Part shown: positions 20,837 through 31,723 of the stretch, one piece after another | Numbering within the stretch: position 1 is the first letter of the stretch | Layout: every line of letters starts with the position of its first letter | Source: an uncultured cyanobacterium | GTDB taxonomy: Bacteria > Cyanobacteriota > Cyanobacteriia > Cyanobacteriales > Cyanobacteriaceae | Direction of reading: 5' to 3' | Assembly: GCA_963710605.1 (NCBI GenBank) | Contig: CAVQBA010000005.1 | Location: forward strand, 256,001-320,000 | Length of the DNA stretch: 64,000 bases | Position numbers and translations under genes: made by a program | Notes under the pieces: generated by a model | What the model saw: the letters and a program-made list of their open reading frames with translations, nothing else | Told to the model about the DNA's origin: nothing | The model's database searches: none

Positions 20837-21189
20837 GTTTCTACCGCTACGGTATGTAAAACAATCCATTCATTATTAGATGATTTACCTACTACATAGA
20901 TATCAATATTAACTTCACCAATCCGATAAATTTTTAACTCAGTTAAGTTAGTTTTCAGCCATTCTATTAATGCTTGGTATTGCTTTACTTCTCTATTCTC
21001 CTCTTTTCCATACCAAGATTTAGATTGAATTGCTTTACTAAAAAATCGATCGATATCAACAGTTTCAGCATCTTCTAAATTGAGCTTATCTAAAGTATCC
21101 CATCTTTCTAACTCCCAAAGTTGATCACTTTCACTACACCACCATAAATCTTCGATTAATTCTGATAATTGTTTAAGCATTATTACCAT
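20833..21189 (-). CDS. nuiA: nuclease A inhibitor
   Basis: LWWCSESD, L..LK.YRIGEVNIDIYVVG, terminal VET; convergent with nucA. Confidence 0.88.
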   Translation of the reverse strand: MVIMLKQLSELIEDLWWCSESDQLWELERWDTLDKLNLEDAETVDIDRFFSKAIQSKSWYGKEENREVKQYQALIEWLKTNLTELKIYRIGEVNIDIYVVGKSSNNEWIVLHTVAVET

Positions 21190-21414
21190 ATTGGTTATCT
21201 ACACTAATAATTATCACCTTAAAACAAAATTTGTCATCTGGATTAGAAAGAAATTATTCAAAAAGACAAACATTTTTTATCTGAGAAACCATTTAAGATA
21301 AATTTTAAATAGGTAATCATCTAGTAATACCATAGTATTTGAGATTGATACCTCAAAATTTTAGCTCAAATCTTACCATCGCCCCCGAAAACAATCCTGT
21401 TAATCCTTCTATCT

Positions 21415-21521
21415 TATAGCGTTTCCCATAATTATGAGGTACATTTATTATTTACAAGTCCCCCAAGATTGGGGGATTTAGGGGGCTTTCTTTGTACTTT
21501 ATAATAGTGATAATTGCTATA
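21415..21521. mobile_element. IS630-type MITE (TATAGC...GCTATA) with internal SDR hairpin
   Basis: Imperfect ~29-bp terminal inverted repeats; homologs at 22164 and 62094 in the opposite orientation. Confidence 0.75.
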
Positions 21522-21633
21522 TTTAATCGGTGATATAGACAATGAGAGTATAATTATCGTAATAGTTAATTTTGAGCAACAAGATTCATTCAAAATTAAT
21601 TATCAATTATTAATTATCAATTATCAATTAACG

Positions 21634-22152
21634 ATGCTTTCTTTACTGACTATTTTTAGTTCGATTATCATTTCGGTTTCTGGATTACTATCCTTTTGCA
21701 CCATCCACGTAACTCCATCAACTCCATTGTTAGCTTCTATTCTTCATTTTTCAGGTAATCCTCCAGCAAATTTAGGCGTAAATGAAGGTAATTTGAGCAA
21801 ATGCCCAGATTCTCCTAATTGTGTCGTTAGTCAAGCTAGTGATGATGAAGAGCATTTTATCGAGCCTTTAGATTATGGTAAACTCGATCGAGAAGAAGCT
21901 TACCAAGCGTTTGTCAAAATTTTATCTGTCGTACCCGATACCGAAATAGTCGAGCAAACAGATAACTATATTCATACTGAATCTAGTAGTAAACTAATGG
22001 GTTTTGTTGATGATGCTGAATTTTACTTTCCTGAAGATTCAAGTGTAGTACAATGGCGATCGTCTGCACGGATGGGAGAGTCTGATTTAGGAGTTAATCG
22101 TCGTCGTTTAGAGCAAATTCGTTTAGCTTTTGAAGATTACGTAAACAATTAA
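21634..22152 (+). CDS. DUF1499 family protein
   Basis: CPDSPNCVVSQ, GFVDDAEF, RSSARMGESDLGVNRRR; ATG 21634 preferred because the upstream frame is STRR/MITE sequence. Confidence 0.9.
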   Translation: MLSLLTIFSSIIISVSGLLSFCTIHVTPSTPLLASILHFSGNPPANLGVNEGNLSKCPDSPNCVVSQASDDEEHFIEPLDYGKLDREEAYQAFVKILSVVPDTEIVEQTDNYIHTESSSKLMGFVDDAEFYFPEDSSVVQWRSSARMGESDLGVNRRRLEQIRLAFEDYVNN

Positions 22153-22163
22153 CAGTTGACAAT

Positions 22164-22306
22164 TATAGCAATTATCACCATTACGAGGTACATATAAATC
22201 CCCATCCCCCTTGCCCCTTCGTAAGGGGAAATTTAAGGATGCGCGCTTTTATTTATGGGGACTTGTCGATCGCTAACTGTACTTCACAAGTATGGGAAAC
22301 GCTATA
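22164..22306. mobile_element. IS630-type MITE with nested hairpin
   Basis: tatagcaattatcacc...gaggtaca / tgtacttcac...gggaaacgctata. Confidence 0.75.
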
Positions 22307-22332
22307 TTGTTTATTTGATTAATTTTTTTTAA

Positions 22333-23796
22333 TTAGTTATCAATAATTAATAATGTTTGTAAAGTATCGTCACTTGCACCAGTGATGATACCGCCTAAGC
22401 TAACTATTTGTTGGAGATAATTAATTGCTTCGATCGTAATCAATTCTCCCGCCATAATAATAGGAATACCAGGTGGATAAGGGCAAATAGTTTCCCCACT
22501 AATTTGATTGATAGCGTTAAGTTGGCTAACCATTTTTTTCGCTGCCCCAAATGCTTGACGAGGTGTTAACCTTAATTGAGTGGAATTAGCTTTAAACGGT
22601 ATTTTGGGAGAAATAAATGGTAATTTAGATTCAGTAGCAAAACTCTCTAGTTTGTCAAAAGCATTAACTAACATAGTTATATCTTGCTCAGTATTACCAA
22701 GAGAAATAATAAAAGTAAGATTTTGTAATGAAGGTAACTCACAAGTGACGTTTAATTTTTCATTGAAAATTTCATCCGCTTCGTAACCACTAATACCCAA
22801 ACTACTAACATTAACAGTTAATCTAGTTAAATCAAAATCAGCAAAACTAGGTGAAGAGTTAGAAAAATTCAATACTTTTAAATAATCCCAAGCTGATAAT
22901 TCTTTTCTGGCAATAGAAGCCAAATTTAAAGTTCTTTCTAATAAAACTTTACCCTCAATCGCCATTTGTTGTCTAGCACCATCTAATGAAGCTAAAAGTA
23001 GATAGTTAGGACTAGAAGATTGTACCATAGCCAAAGCCAAACTAATCCGATTAGACTCAACCAAATTACCTTGTAAATGAAGCATCGAAGCTTGAGTCAT
23101 CGCCCCTAAAACTTTGTGAGTAGATTGTATCACTACATCTGCACCATTTTCTAAACCACATACAGGTAACTGAGGATGAAATTTTAAATGAGCGCCGTGG
23201 GCTTCATCAACTATCACAGGAAGATGATACTCATGAACAACTTTAACAATTTCTTTTAAATTAGCACAGATGCCGTGATAGGTAGGAGAAACGAGTAAAA
23301 CAGCCTTAACATCACTGTGAGTTTTTAAAGCATGACTAATTTGCTGGGCGGATATAGTTTCACAGATATCAAACTCATGGTTATATTTTGGCTCAATAAA
23401 AATTGGTATTGCACCTGATAAAACTAAGCCAAAAATTGCTGATTGATGTATATTACGAGGCAAAATTATTTTGTCACCTTCCCCACAAGTAGCCAAAATA
23501 GAGCTTATGACTCCACTAGTGCTACCATTAGCTAAAAACCACGTTTTTTCTGCTCCAAAAGCTTCTGAGGCTAACTCTTGGGCTTCTTTGATAACTCCTT
23601 CAGGTGCAAAGAGGTTGTCTAATTCGGGTAATTCAGGTAAATCAGCCCGAAAAACTTTCTCACCCATCAATTGTATCAGTGCTTGATTTATACCTTTACC
23701 TTTTTTATGTCCTGGTACGTAAAAAGGTGCTTCTTGTCGTTTGGCTAGTTGTTCTAATTTACTAATTAAAGGGGTTTTTTTCTGTCTATTATTCAT
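22333..23796 (-). CDS. PLP-dependent Orn/Lys/Arg decarboxylase
   Basis: PGHKKG, NGSTSG, VDEAHGAH, QSTHK, CPYPPGIP. Confidence 0.92.
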   Translation of the reverse strand: MNNRQKKTPLISKLEQLAKRQEAPFYVPGHKKGKGINQALIQLMGEKVFRADLPELPELDNLFAPEGVIKEAQELASEAFGAEKTWFLANGSTSGVISSILATCGEGDKIILPRNIHQSAIFGLVLSGAIPIFIEPKYNHEFDICETISAQQISHALKTHSDVKAVLLVSPTYHGICANLKEIVKVVHEYHLPVIVDEAHGAHLKFHPQLPVCGLENGADVVIQSTHKVLGAMTQASMLHLQGNLVESNRISLALAMVQSSSPNYLLLASLDGARQQMAIEGKVLLERTLNLASIARKELSAWDYLKVLNFSNSSPSFADFDLTRLTVNVSSLGISGYEADEIFNEKLNVTCELPSLQNLTFIISLGNTEQDITMLVNAFDKLESFATESKLPFISPKIPFKANSTQLRLTPRQAFGAAKKMVSQLNAINQISGETICPYPPGIPIIMAGELITIEAINYLQQIVSLGGIITGASDDTLQTLLIIDN

Positions 23797-23910
23797 GTAA
23801 GAATAGTGGATAGTTAACAATTACTATTAGGCTCGTAAATTAATTTAGCCCCGAAATAGATTCGGGGTAGTTTATCTATTTACCGATAAGTATTGTCAAT
23901 GCTTTTTTTA

Positions 23911-24153
23911 TTAGCATCTATGCTTATTCAAATCAATACCAGCTTCTTTTGCCATTACATTTAAACTTTTTTTGTCTAAAGTTTTAATCGCTTTGGTAGA
24001 AAGACGTAGTTTGACAAAACAATTGTTTTCAGCCCACCAGATTTTTTTGTCTTGTAAATTAGCGTGTTGTAACCTTTTTGTCCGTCTATGAGAGTGAGAA
24101 ACTGCATAAGCATTATTCGCTCTTTTTCCTGTTAATTCGCAAACACGAGCCAT
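23911..24153 (-). CDS. rpmB: 50S ribosomal protein L28
   Basis: [34 protein letters not shown]. Confidence 0.98.
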   Translation of the reverse strand: MARVCELTGKRANNAYAVSHSHRRTKRLQHANLQDKKIWWAENNCFVKLRLSTKAIKTLDKKSLNVMAKEAGIDLNKHRC

Positions 24154-24407
24154 AATAATAATCTCCTAAATATATTAATTCGTCTAGATAATTTAATTAG
24201 TAATCTTTTATTCTACTAAAATATTGTCTTTATCTGCAAGTAAAAGAGTTTATCGCTTTTAGTATCCGTATCTAAAATTAGTTATTACTGATTATTCAAT
24301 AAACATTGTCATAAAATTCCTTAGTCTATTTTAATAGTTGAGATAACAACAAGGATTAAGAATCAAAAAAGGTTTAGGGCAGTTTGATAATAAAAGTTTT
24401 AGACATT

Positions 24408-24431
24408 AAAAAAGCCCCGATGAAGGGGCTT
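24408..24431 (-). terminator. intrinsic terminator of psbD
   Basis: aagcccc-gatgaa-ggggctt hairpin with A-run (U-tail on minus strand). Confidence 0.75.
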
Positions 24432-24456
24432 AAACTTAATTCAGATTCACACTGTT

Positions 24457-25515
24457 TTACAGAGCGTTACCACGTGGTAATACTTCTTCAGGGAATTCAA
24501 ATTTTTGGTGGGGTTGATCTTGTGGTGCCATCCATGCACGTAAACCTTCGTTTAAAAGAATGTTTTTGGTGTAGAATGTTTCAAATTCTGGATCTTCTGC
24601 CGCTCTTAACTCTTGAGATACGAAGTCATATGCTCTTAGGTTAAATGCTAAACCGACGATACCGATCGCACTCATCCATAAACCTGTTACAGGTACAAAT
24701 AACATGAAGAAGTGTAACCAACGTTTGTTTGAGAAAGCAATACCGAAAATCTGTGACCAAAAACGGTTAGCAGTTACCATTGAATAGGTTTCTTCTGCTT
24801 GTGTTGGTTCAAACGCACGGAATGTATTCGCTTGCTCACCATCTTGGAATAAGGTGTTTTCTACGGTTGCACCGTGAATTGCACATAATAATGCACCACC
24901 TAATACTCCTGCTACTCCCATCATGTGGAAAGGATTTAGTGTCCAGTTATGGAAACCTTGTAAGAAAAGGATGAAACGGAAGATTCCTGCTACTCCAAAT
25001 GAAGGAGCGAAAAACCAACTTGATTGTCCTAAAGGATACATCAAGAAAACACTGACAAATACAGCGATAGGAGCTGAGAAAGCGATCGCATTATAAGGAC
25101 GAATCCCTACTAAACGAGAAATCTCAAATTGACGCAACATGAAGCCGATTAAGGCAAAAGCACCATGTAGTGCGACAAATGTCCATAAACCACCGATTTG
25201 AAACCAGCGAGTTAAATCGCCTTGTGCTTCTGGTCCCCATAGAAATAATAAGGAGTGACCGAATACGTTAGCAGGGCTTGATACTGCTACGGTTAAAAAG
25301 TTAGCACCTTCTAGGTAAGAACTAGCTAAACCGTGAGTGTACCATGAGGTTACAAAGGTAGTACCTGTTAACCAACCACCTAATGCTAAATAAGCACAAG
25401 GGAATAATAAAATACCAGACCAACCAACAAAGACAAACCTGTCTCTTTTTAGCCAATCGTCAAGAGCATCAAACAAGCCTCTTTCCGACGGCGCGCGTCC
25501 GACTGCAATAGTCAT
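24457..25515 (-). CDS. psbD: photosystem II D2 protein, monocistronic copy (psbD2-type; no psbC overlap)
   Basis: Canonical 352-aa D2 sequence followed by terminator and rpmB. Confidence 0.99.
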   Translation of the reverse strand: MTIAVGRAPSERGLFDALDDWLKRDRFVFVGWSGILLFPCAYLALGGWLTGTTFVTSWYTHGLASSYLEGANFLTVAVSSPANVFGHSLLFLWGPEAQGDLTRWFQIGGLWTFVALHGAFALIGFMLRQFEISRLVGIRPYNAIAFSAPIAVFVSVFLMYPLGQSSWFFAPSFGVAGIFRFILFLQGFHNWTLNPFHMMGVAGVLGGALLCAIHGATVENTLFQDGEQANTFRAFEPTQAEETYSMVTANRFWSQIFGIAFSNKRWLHFFMLFVPVTGLWMSAIGIVGLAFNLRAYDFVSQELRAAEDPEFETFYTKNILLNEGLRAWMAPQDQPHQKFEFPEEVLPRGNAL

Positions 25516-25747
25516 AAAACAAACTCCGATATAATTTCTATTGTTTTAACGTTATGTTTTTTTCTCTAATTATAAAATTGCTTAACAGCTCTTTCTGAGA
25601 AAAATTTACTTTTCTTAACGTTGGGTATAATCTTATTCTACGAGAAAATGTGCTTTTTTGCAAAGGGAATTGTTAAAAAAACCTTAAAAATACTAAAATT
25701 AGAACAGTACAGACTTAATGTAAACCAAATAAGCATTTATAACTATC

Positions 25748-26026
25748 ATGTTCACAATTAATCTTTTAGTCAAATATATTCCTTTACCTATTTCGGTAGA
25801 AAAAAAAGAAGAGGCTGATGCACAAGCTTTGTACAACAGTATTTTAGATGCAATCAAAAGCTCAGAGATACAAATTTTAGAATTAACTTGTGATAAGCAA
25901 ACTGAGAAAAAAATTGCGATCGCTAGTGATCAAGTAACTGGAGTTATTATGTCTCAAAAAGATGGTGCAAATATTGGTGGTAAAGTACCCGGATTTTTTG
26001 CCGCTCTCAGTAGCGAAAACAGTTAA
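25748..26026 (+). CDS. conserved cyanobacterial protein (UPF0367-like)
   Basis: PLPISVEKKE...LELTCDKQ...PGFF. Confidence 0.75.
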   Translation: MFTINLLVKYIPLPISVEKKEEADAQALYNSILDAIKSSEIQILELTCDKQTEKKIAIASDQVTGVIMSQKDGANIGGKVPGFFAALSSENS

Positions 26027-26143
26027 TCATTGTCGAAAATACTCTGACAATTAAAAGATAAGAGACAATAGTTAGTAATTAGTAGTTGATAGATGACGAT
26101 CGTTTCAATTATTAATTATTAACTATAAATTTTTAATTGTGTA

Positions 26144-26800
26144 ATGACTAACTCCAAATTTGCTATTGATATCGATCGATTAAACTTCAGTTGGAATCCT
26201 CATTCTTTAGTCTTAGATTCTTGTACCCTCAAAGTACCGAAAGGAGAATTCTGGATGTTATTAGGAAATAACGGTTGCGGAAAATCTACCTTATTAAGAT
26301 TACTAGCAGGTTTATTAATTCCTAGTAGTGGTGAAGTCAAATCGCAAAATCCTCTCGGCTTTGTTTTTCAAAACCCAGATCATCAATTAGTGATGCCTAC
26401 TGTTGCCGCTGATGTCGCTTTTGGTTTAGTTAAAGATAATTTGACGATCGAGCAAGTAAAACATAGAGTAGAATCTGCCTTAGATGCTGTGAATCTACTC
26501 GAATTTAAAAATCGTCCTATTTATGCTTTAAGTGGCGGACAAAAACAACGAGTTGCGATCGCAGGAGAAATAGCTCGTCGATGTCAGGTGTTGTTATTAG
26601 ACGAACCCACCGCATTATTAGATCCAGATACGCAAACAGAACTAGTCGCATTGGTACAAAAACTAGTCAAAGAGACTCAGATTACTGCTTTGTGGGTTAC
26701 CCATCGTTTAGAAGAGTTACACTATGCTGATGGGTATTTTTTATTAGAAGAAGGTAAGGTTGTTCGTCAAGGTAAACCAGAAGAAATAATTAATAATTAA
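26144..26800 (+). CDS. ECF/CbiO-type ABC ATPase
   Basis: GNNGCGKST, VFQNPDHQ, LSGGQKQR, LLLDEPT. Confidence 0.9.
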   Translation: MTNSKFAIDIDRLNFSWNPHSLVLDSCTLKVPKGEFWMLLGNNGCGKSTLLRLLAGLLIPSSGEVKSQNPLGFVFQNPDHQLVMPTVAADVAFGLVKDNLTIEQVKHRVESALDAVNLLEFKNRPIYALSGGQKQRVAIAGEIARRCQVLLLDEPTALLDPDTQTELVALVQKLVKETQITALWVTHRLEELHYADGYFLLEEGKVVRQGKPEEIINN

Positions 26801-27052
26801 TAGTTATTTTAGCTATTATTCTCACAAATTGAAGACAAGATTGTTAGAGAATTAATTATTTACTGTTATCTATTATCTATCCATTGCTCATTCTTCACTA
26901 TAGACATTATCAATTGTTATTGTTGCGGGAATTAAATCGCTGAAATTTGAACTAGATCAAAAATTATTAAATGATTTAGTTAAATTTTTGTTAAGATTGA
27001 CCATTATGACATCATATTTTCCGTAACTTTAATTAAATATATATGCAAAGCA

Positions 27053-27607
27053 ATGAACTCTACTACAACATATCAAGCCATTTTACTTGTGGATGGTTAC
27101 AACATTCTAGGCACATCATCTTATTTCAAGAAAATAAAGAAGAAGAATGGTTTAGAGGCAGCTCGTGATTCTTTAATCGAGTGTATGATTAATTACGCTG
27201 GGTATAAAGCGATCGAAAGTAAAATTGTTTTTGACGCTCATTTCCAACGAACACCCAGCAAAGAAGAGAAATACGGCGATCGTATATCGGTACATTACAC
27301 AGCCTACGATCAAACCGCCGATACCTTTATCGAAAAATTTTGTGCCTGTTTTTATTACCAACGAGAAGATCGAAAAAAGAGATTGGTTGTCGCTACATCA
27401 GACCAAGCTCAACGACATACGGTAGTTGGTTATGGGGCAGAATGGATTTCCGCTCAAGGATTAGTGAGTGAAATTGATACGACTAACTCTACACAAAGAC
27501 GTAGATTAAACACTCGCACTAAATCTAGAGGACGTTTTTTAATGAACTCTTTAGATAGCAAAACGCAACAGGCTTTAGCCCAAATGAGGTTGGGAGGGAA
27601 TTTATAG
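27053..27607 (+). CDS. NYN-domain ribonuclease, YacP/Rae1 family
   Basis: LLVDGYNI, VFDA, TADTFIE, VATSD. Confidence 0.88.
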   Translation: MNSTTTYQAILLVDGYNILGTSSYFKKIKKKNGLEAARDSLIECMINYAGYKAIESKIVFDAHFQRTPSKEEKYGDRISVHYTAYDQTADTFIEKFCACFYYQREDRKKRLVVATSDQAQRHTVVGYGAEWISAQGLVSEIDTTNSTQRRRLNTRTKSRGRFLMNSLDSKTQQALAQMRLGGNL

Positions 27608-27639
27608 CTTGTTATCTAAAAATTTGATAATTTTTGCCC

Positions 27640-27668
27640 TTGAATTATTACAAAATTATTGTTATAAT
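27640..27668 (+). promoter_or_regulatory. sigma70-type promoter of tRNA-Leu
   Basis: TTGAAT-N17-TATAAT. Confidence 0.7.
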
Positions 27669-27683
27669 TGGTAACTGTTATCT

Positions 27684-27765
27684 GCGGACGTGGCGGAATT
27701 GGTAGACGCGCTAGATTTAGGTTCTAGTATCGTAAGATGTGAGAGTTCAAGTCTCTCCGTCCGTA
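27684..27765 (+). tRNA. trnL: tRNA-Leu(TAG), CCA not encoded
   Basis: Acceptor gcggacg/cgtccgt, anticodon arm ctaga-tttaggt-tctag, long variable arm, gttcaag T-loop. Confidence 0.97.
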
Positions 27766-27777
27766 TTAATCGAATAA

Positions 27778-27807
27778 TTGACAATTGACAATTGACAGTT
27801 GACAATT
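27778..27807. repeat. STRR heptamer tandem repeat (TTGACAA)n
   Basis: Four units; similar heptamer arrays at ~18234, ~21598, ~58055 and ~59170. Confidence 0.8.
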
Positions 27808-27908
27808 ACTTTTTTACTTAATCTACCATGAATTTAAATTGAGTAAAAGTTTTTGATGTTGATTTCTCTTGAAAAAATAGATTCTAAATCGAATTTATCT
27901 TTTAAAAT

Positions 27909-30326
27909 ATGGCACTGAAAAAATCTGAACTTTACACCTCCTTATGGTCTAGTTGCGATGAATTACGGGGAGGGATGGATGCTAGTCAGTATAAGGATTA
28001 TGTGCTAGTTTTGTTATTTATCAAGTATGTGAGCGATAAATATGCAGGACAACAGTTTCCTTCGGTGAGTGTGCCATCGGGCGCTTCTTTTCAGGATATG
28101 GTAGCACTTAAAGGTAAAAAAGATATAGGCGATCGTATTAACAAAGAAATTATCGCCCCTTTAGCCTCCGAGAATGAGTTAGCAGATATGCCAGACTTTA
28201 ACGATACAGCTAAGTTAGGTAGCGGAAAAGAAATGGTAGATAGACTTACTAATCTAATTGCTATCTTTGAAAATCCTGCCCTTGACTTTTCTAAAAATCG
28301 AGCCGAAGGTGACGATATTTTAGGGGATGCCTATGAATACCTGATGCGTCATTTTGCGACAGAAAGCGGTAAGAGTAAAGGACAATTTTACACCCCCGCC
28401 GAAGTGAGTCGAGTTATTGCTCAGATATTAGGTATCAAACAAGCCCAGACTTCTGCTTCTACTACAGTATATGATCCCACCTGTGGTTCTGGTTCGTTAT
28501 TGTTAAAAGTAGCCGACGAAGCCACTACCAATGTTAGTTTGTACGGGCAAGAAAAAGATGCGACAACATCAGGGTTAGCCAAAATGAATATGATTTTGCA
28601 TCAAAACCCTACCGCCGTTGTTAAGCAGGGTAATACTCTCGCTAATCCTTTATTTACTAACAATGAGGAATTGAAAGATTTTGATTATGTAGTAGCTAAT
28701 CCACCTTTTAGTGATAAACGTTGGGCGACGGGATTTGAACCTGAGAAAGATAATTTTACTCGATTTGAGGGTTTTGGTATCCCACCAACTAAACAAGGAG
28801 ATTACGCCTATTTACTGCATATTTTACGATCGTTGAAAAATACAGGTAAAGGGGCTTGTATTTTACCTCATGGGGTTTTGTTTCGGGGTAATGCTGAGGC
28901 AACAATTCGTTGTAATTTGATTAAACGAGGTTATATTGAAGGTATCATCGGTTTACCTGCTAACTTATTTTATGGTACTGGTATTCCTGCTTGTATCGTG
29001 ATTTTGGACAAACAACAAGCCCATAACCGTCAGGGTATTTTTATCATTGATGCTAGTGGTGGCTTTATTAAAGATGGTAATAAAAATCGTTTGCGGGAGC
29101 GAGATATTCATCGCATTGTTGATGTGTTTAAAAAAAGATTAGCAATGCCAAAATATGCTCGTTTTGTTAGTTATGAGGAGATAGAAGCTAATGAGTTTAA
29201 TTTGAATATTCCTCGTTATATTGATGGTCAACAAGAAGAAGATAAACAAGACATATGAGCTCATTTACAAGGCGGTATTCCAGACAGAGATTTACAATCT
29301 TTAGCTAAATATTGGGCTATTTGCCCTAATCTGAAATCTGCTCTTTTTCAACCAAAGCGTTTTTCTTATTCTCAGTTGTCGGTAGAAATTGCTCAGTTAA
29401 AAGATGTTATTTATTCTCATCCCGAATTTAGCGGTTTTATCGCTTCGATGGCGGAAGTATTCGAGCTATGGCAAGGGGAATGGTTAACTCGTTTGCAAGA
29501 TTTGGAGATGGGTTTTTTACCGAAAAATTTAGTTGGGGAAATGGGCGAAAGTTTATTGATTCATTATCAGGATAAACCTTTATTGGATGCTTATAGTATT
29601 TATCAGCATTTACTCGATTATTGGCAAGAGGTGATGCAGGATGATTGTTATTTTATTACTCAAGAAGGTTGGAAAGCCGAAACAAGAAGAGTTTTAGAGA
29701 CCAACAAAAAAGGGAAAGCAATCGATAAAGGTTGGGTTTGTGATTTAATTCCTAAACAGTTGTTAGTGGCTAAATATTTTGTCGCTAAACAAGAGGAAAT
29801 TAATCAGTCAGAAGCAGACTTAGAAAATATCGTCAGTCAACGCACGGAGTTAGAGGAAGAAAATTCGGGAGATGAAGGAGTTTTGGCGGAGTTGGATAAA
29901 ATTAATAAGGCTAATGTTACTAATGCGATTAAAGAATTGAAAGCTGATAAACTCGAATTTGACATTAATCATCAAGAAAATGAAGAGTTGAAAGTATTAA
30001 GCGGTTGGCTGGAGTTATACCAAGAAGAAGCTAAACTCAAAAAAGATATTAAGGCTAAAGTTGAGGTTTTGGATAAATTGGTTTATGAATATTATCCTCT
30101 GTTATCCGAAACTGAGATTAAGACTTTGGTGATAGAAGATAAATGGATGAATAAGTTAAAAGAAGCGATGAGGGGGGAAATGGATTTGATTTCTCAATCT
30201 TTAACTCAACGGGTTAAGGTTTTAGCTCAAAGATATACTCTTCCTTTACCTCAGCTAACGCAAAAGGTTAATATTTTGGAGTCTAGGGTAACGGCACATT
30301 TAGCCAAAATGGGTTTTTCTTTGTAA
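27909..30326 (+). pseudogene. hsdM: type I R-M methyltransferase with in-frame TGA at 29256-29258
   Basis: GQFYTP, DPTCGSG, ANPPF; frame continues QDI*AHLQGGIP into the 29376 ORF. Confidence 0.92.
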
Positions 30327-30437
30327 AGTGAGTAATTCAATGTCCCTCAATTTTCCTTTATGATCAAGGGTGCAAACCTTGCACCCCTACAAAGAAATAT
30401 ACTAATTTAAATTAAACTTGCTACAATGACTTTCGAC

Positions 30438-30472
30438 AAGTCCCCCTTGAGAAGGGGGATTTAGGGGGATCG
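30438..30472. repeat. short dispersed repeat (CCCCC...GGGGGATTTAGGGGG)
   Basis: Copies near 21458, 34876 (inverted), 55367 and 62128 (inverted). Confidence 0.8.
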
Positions 30473-30501
30473 TCTTATTTTATTTAGTGGAGAGGGAAAG
30501 A

Positions 30502-31680
30502 ATGGAAAACGAGCAAATTAAGGAAGGTTATAAGTTGACGGAAGTTGGGGTTATTCCTGATGATTGGGAAGTAAAAAAAATAGGTGATGTTTGCGGTTTT
30601 ATTGTACCGGGAAGAAATAAACCCAAAATTTTTAATGGTAATATTCCTTGGATTACAACTCCTGATATAAAAGATGGAAAAATTGTTAACTCTTCAAAAT
30701 CTTTACTCCAAATATCTTTAGATGAAGCTTATTCAATTGGCTCTAAAATTATTCCAAAAGGTTCTGTACTTATGTCATGTGCTGGAGAACTAGGAATAAC
30801 AGCGATTACAGGTTGTGAAATTGTTATTAATCAACAACTTCATGCTTTTATACCTTCAAAGTTAATCAATAAATTTTTTTTAGCATATATGATTAAAAAT
30901 CAGCAAAAATATATTGACACTGTTGCCACCAAAACAGCAGTACCTTATTTGAATAAAGATAGTTGAAATTCTATTCCAATACCATTACCCCCAATCGATG
31001 AACAAGAGAAAATAGCAGAAGTATTGACAGATATAGACGAATTAATTGAAGGGTTAGAAAAACTTATTAATAAAAAACGCCTCATCAAACAGGGTGCAAT
31101 GCAAGAACTTTTTGGACAATGGAGAAGAGAGAATACTTCGGCATCGCTCAGTATAAATGGAGAATGGAGAATTGAAAGATTAGGAGATATTCTAAAAATC
31201 GGACATGGAAAAAGTCAGCACGATGTTGTTGATAATTTTGGAAAATATCCAATTCTTGGTTCGGGTGGTCAAATTGGTAAATCTAATAGTTTTCTCTATG
31301 ACAAACCATCTGTATTGATTGGTAGAAAAGGAACTATTGATAAACCCCAATATATTGATAAACCTTTTTGGACAATTGATACGCTTTTTTATTCAAAAAT
31401 AAATGAAAATTATGAACCAAAGTATATCTTTTATCGATTTTGTTTAATTGATTGGAAACAATATAATGAAGCATCAGGAGTGCCTAGTTTGAGTGCTAGA
31501 ACAATTGAAAATATTGAAATACCATTACCACCAACAAAAGAAGAACAAAAAGCGATCGCATCTATCTTAACCGATATGGACAACGAGATAGAGATGTTAG
31601 AGAAAAAATTAGAGAAAACCAAACAGATAAAACAGGGGATGATGGCAGAATTACTAACAGGAAAGATTAGATTAATTTAG
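30502..31680 (+). pseudogene. hsdS: type I R-M specificity subunit with in-frame TGA at 30964-30966
   Basis: TEVGVIPDDW, two TRDs, IPLPP..EQ..IA repeats, KQGMMAELLTGKIRL; frame continues KDS*NSIPIPLPP. Confidence 0.92.
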
Positions 31681-31723
31681 AATTGGGGCAACCTAATAAA
31701 AATCGATCTTTTTCATTGACTTT

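Noticed and set aside
24457-25515. Far-red or otherwise atypical D2
   Set aside because: Sequence looks canonical and there is no far-red photosystem cluster around it; a monocistronic second psbD is normal
30964-30966. Selenocysteine recoding of the hsdS TGA
   Set aside because: No evident SECIS-like hairpin after the codon, no catalytic rationale, and the hsdM TGA is not in a Cys-like context; nonsense mutation is simpler
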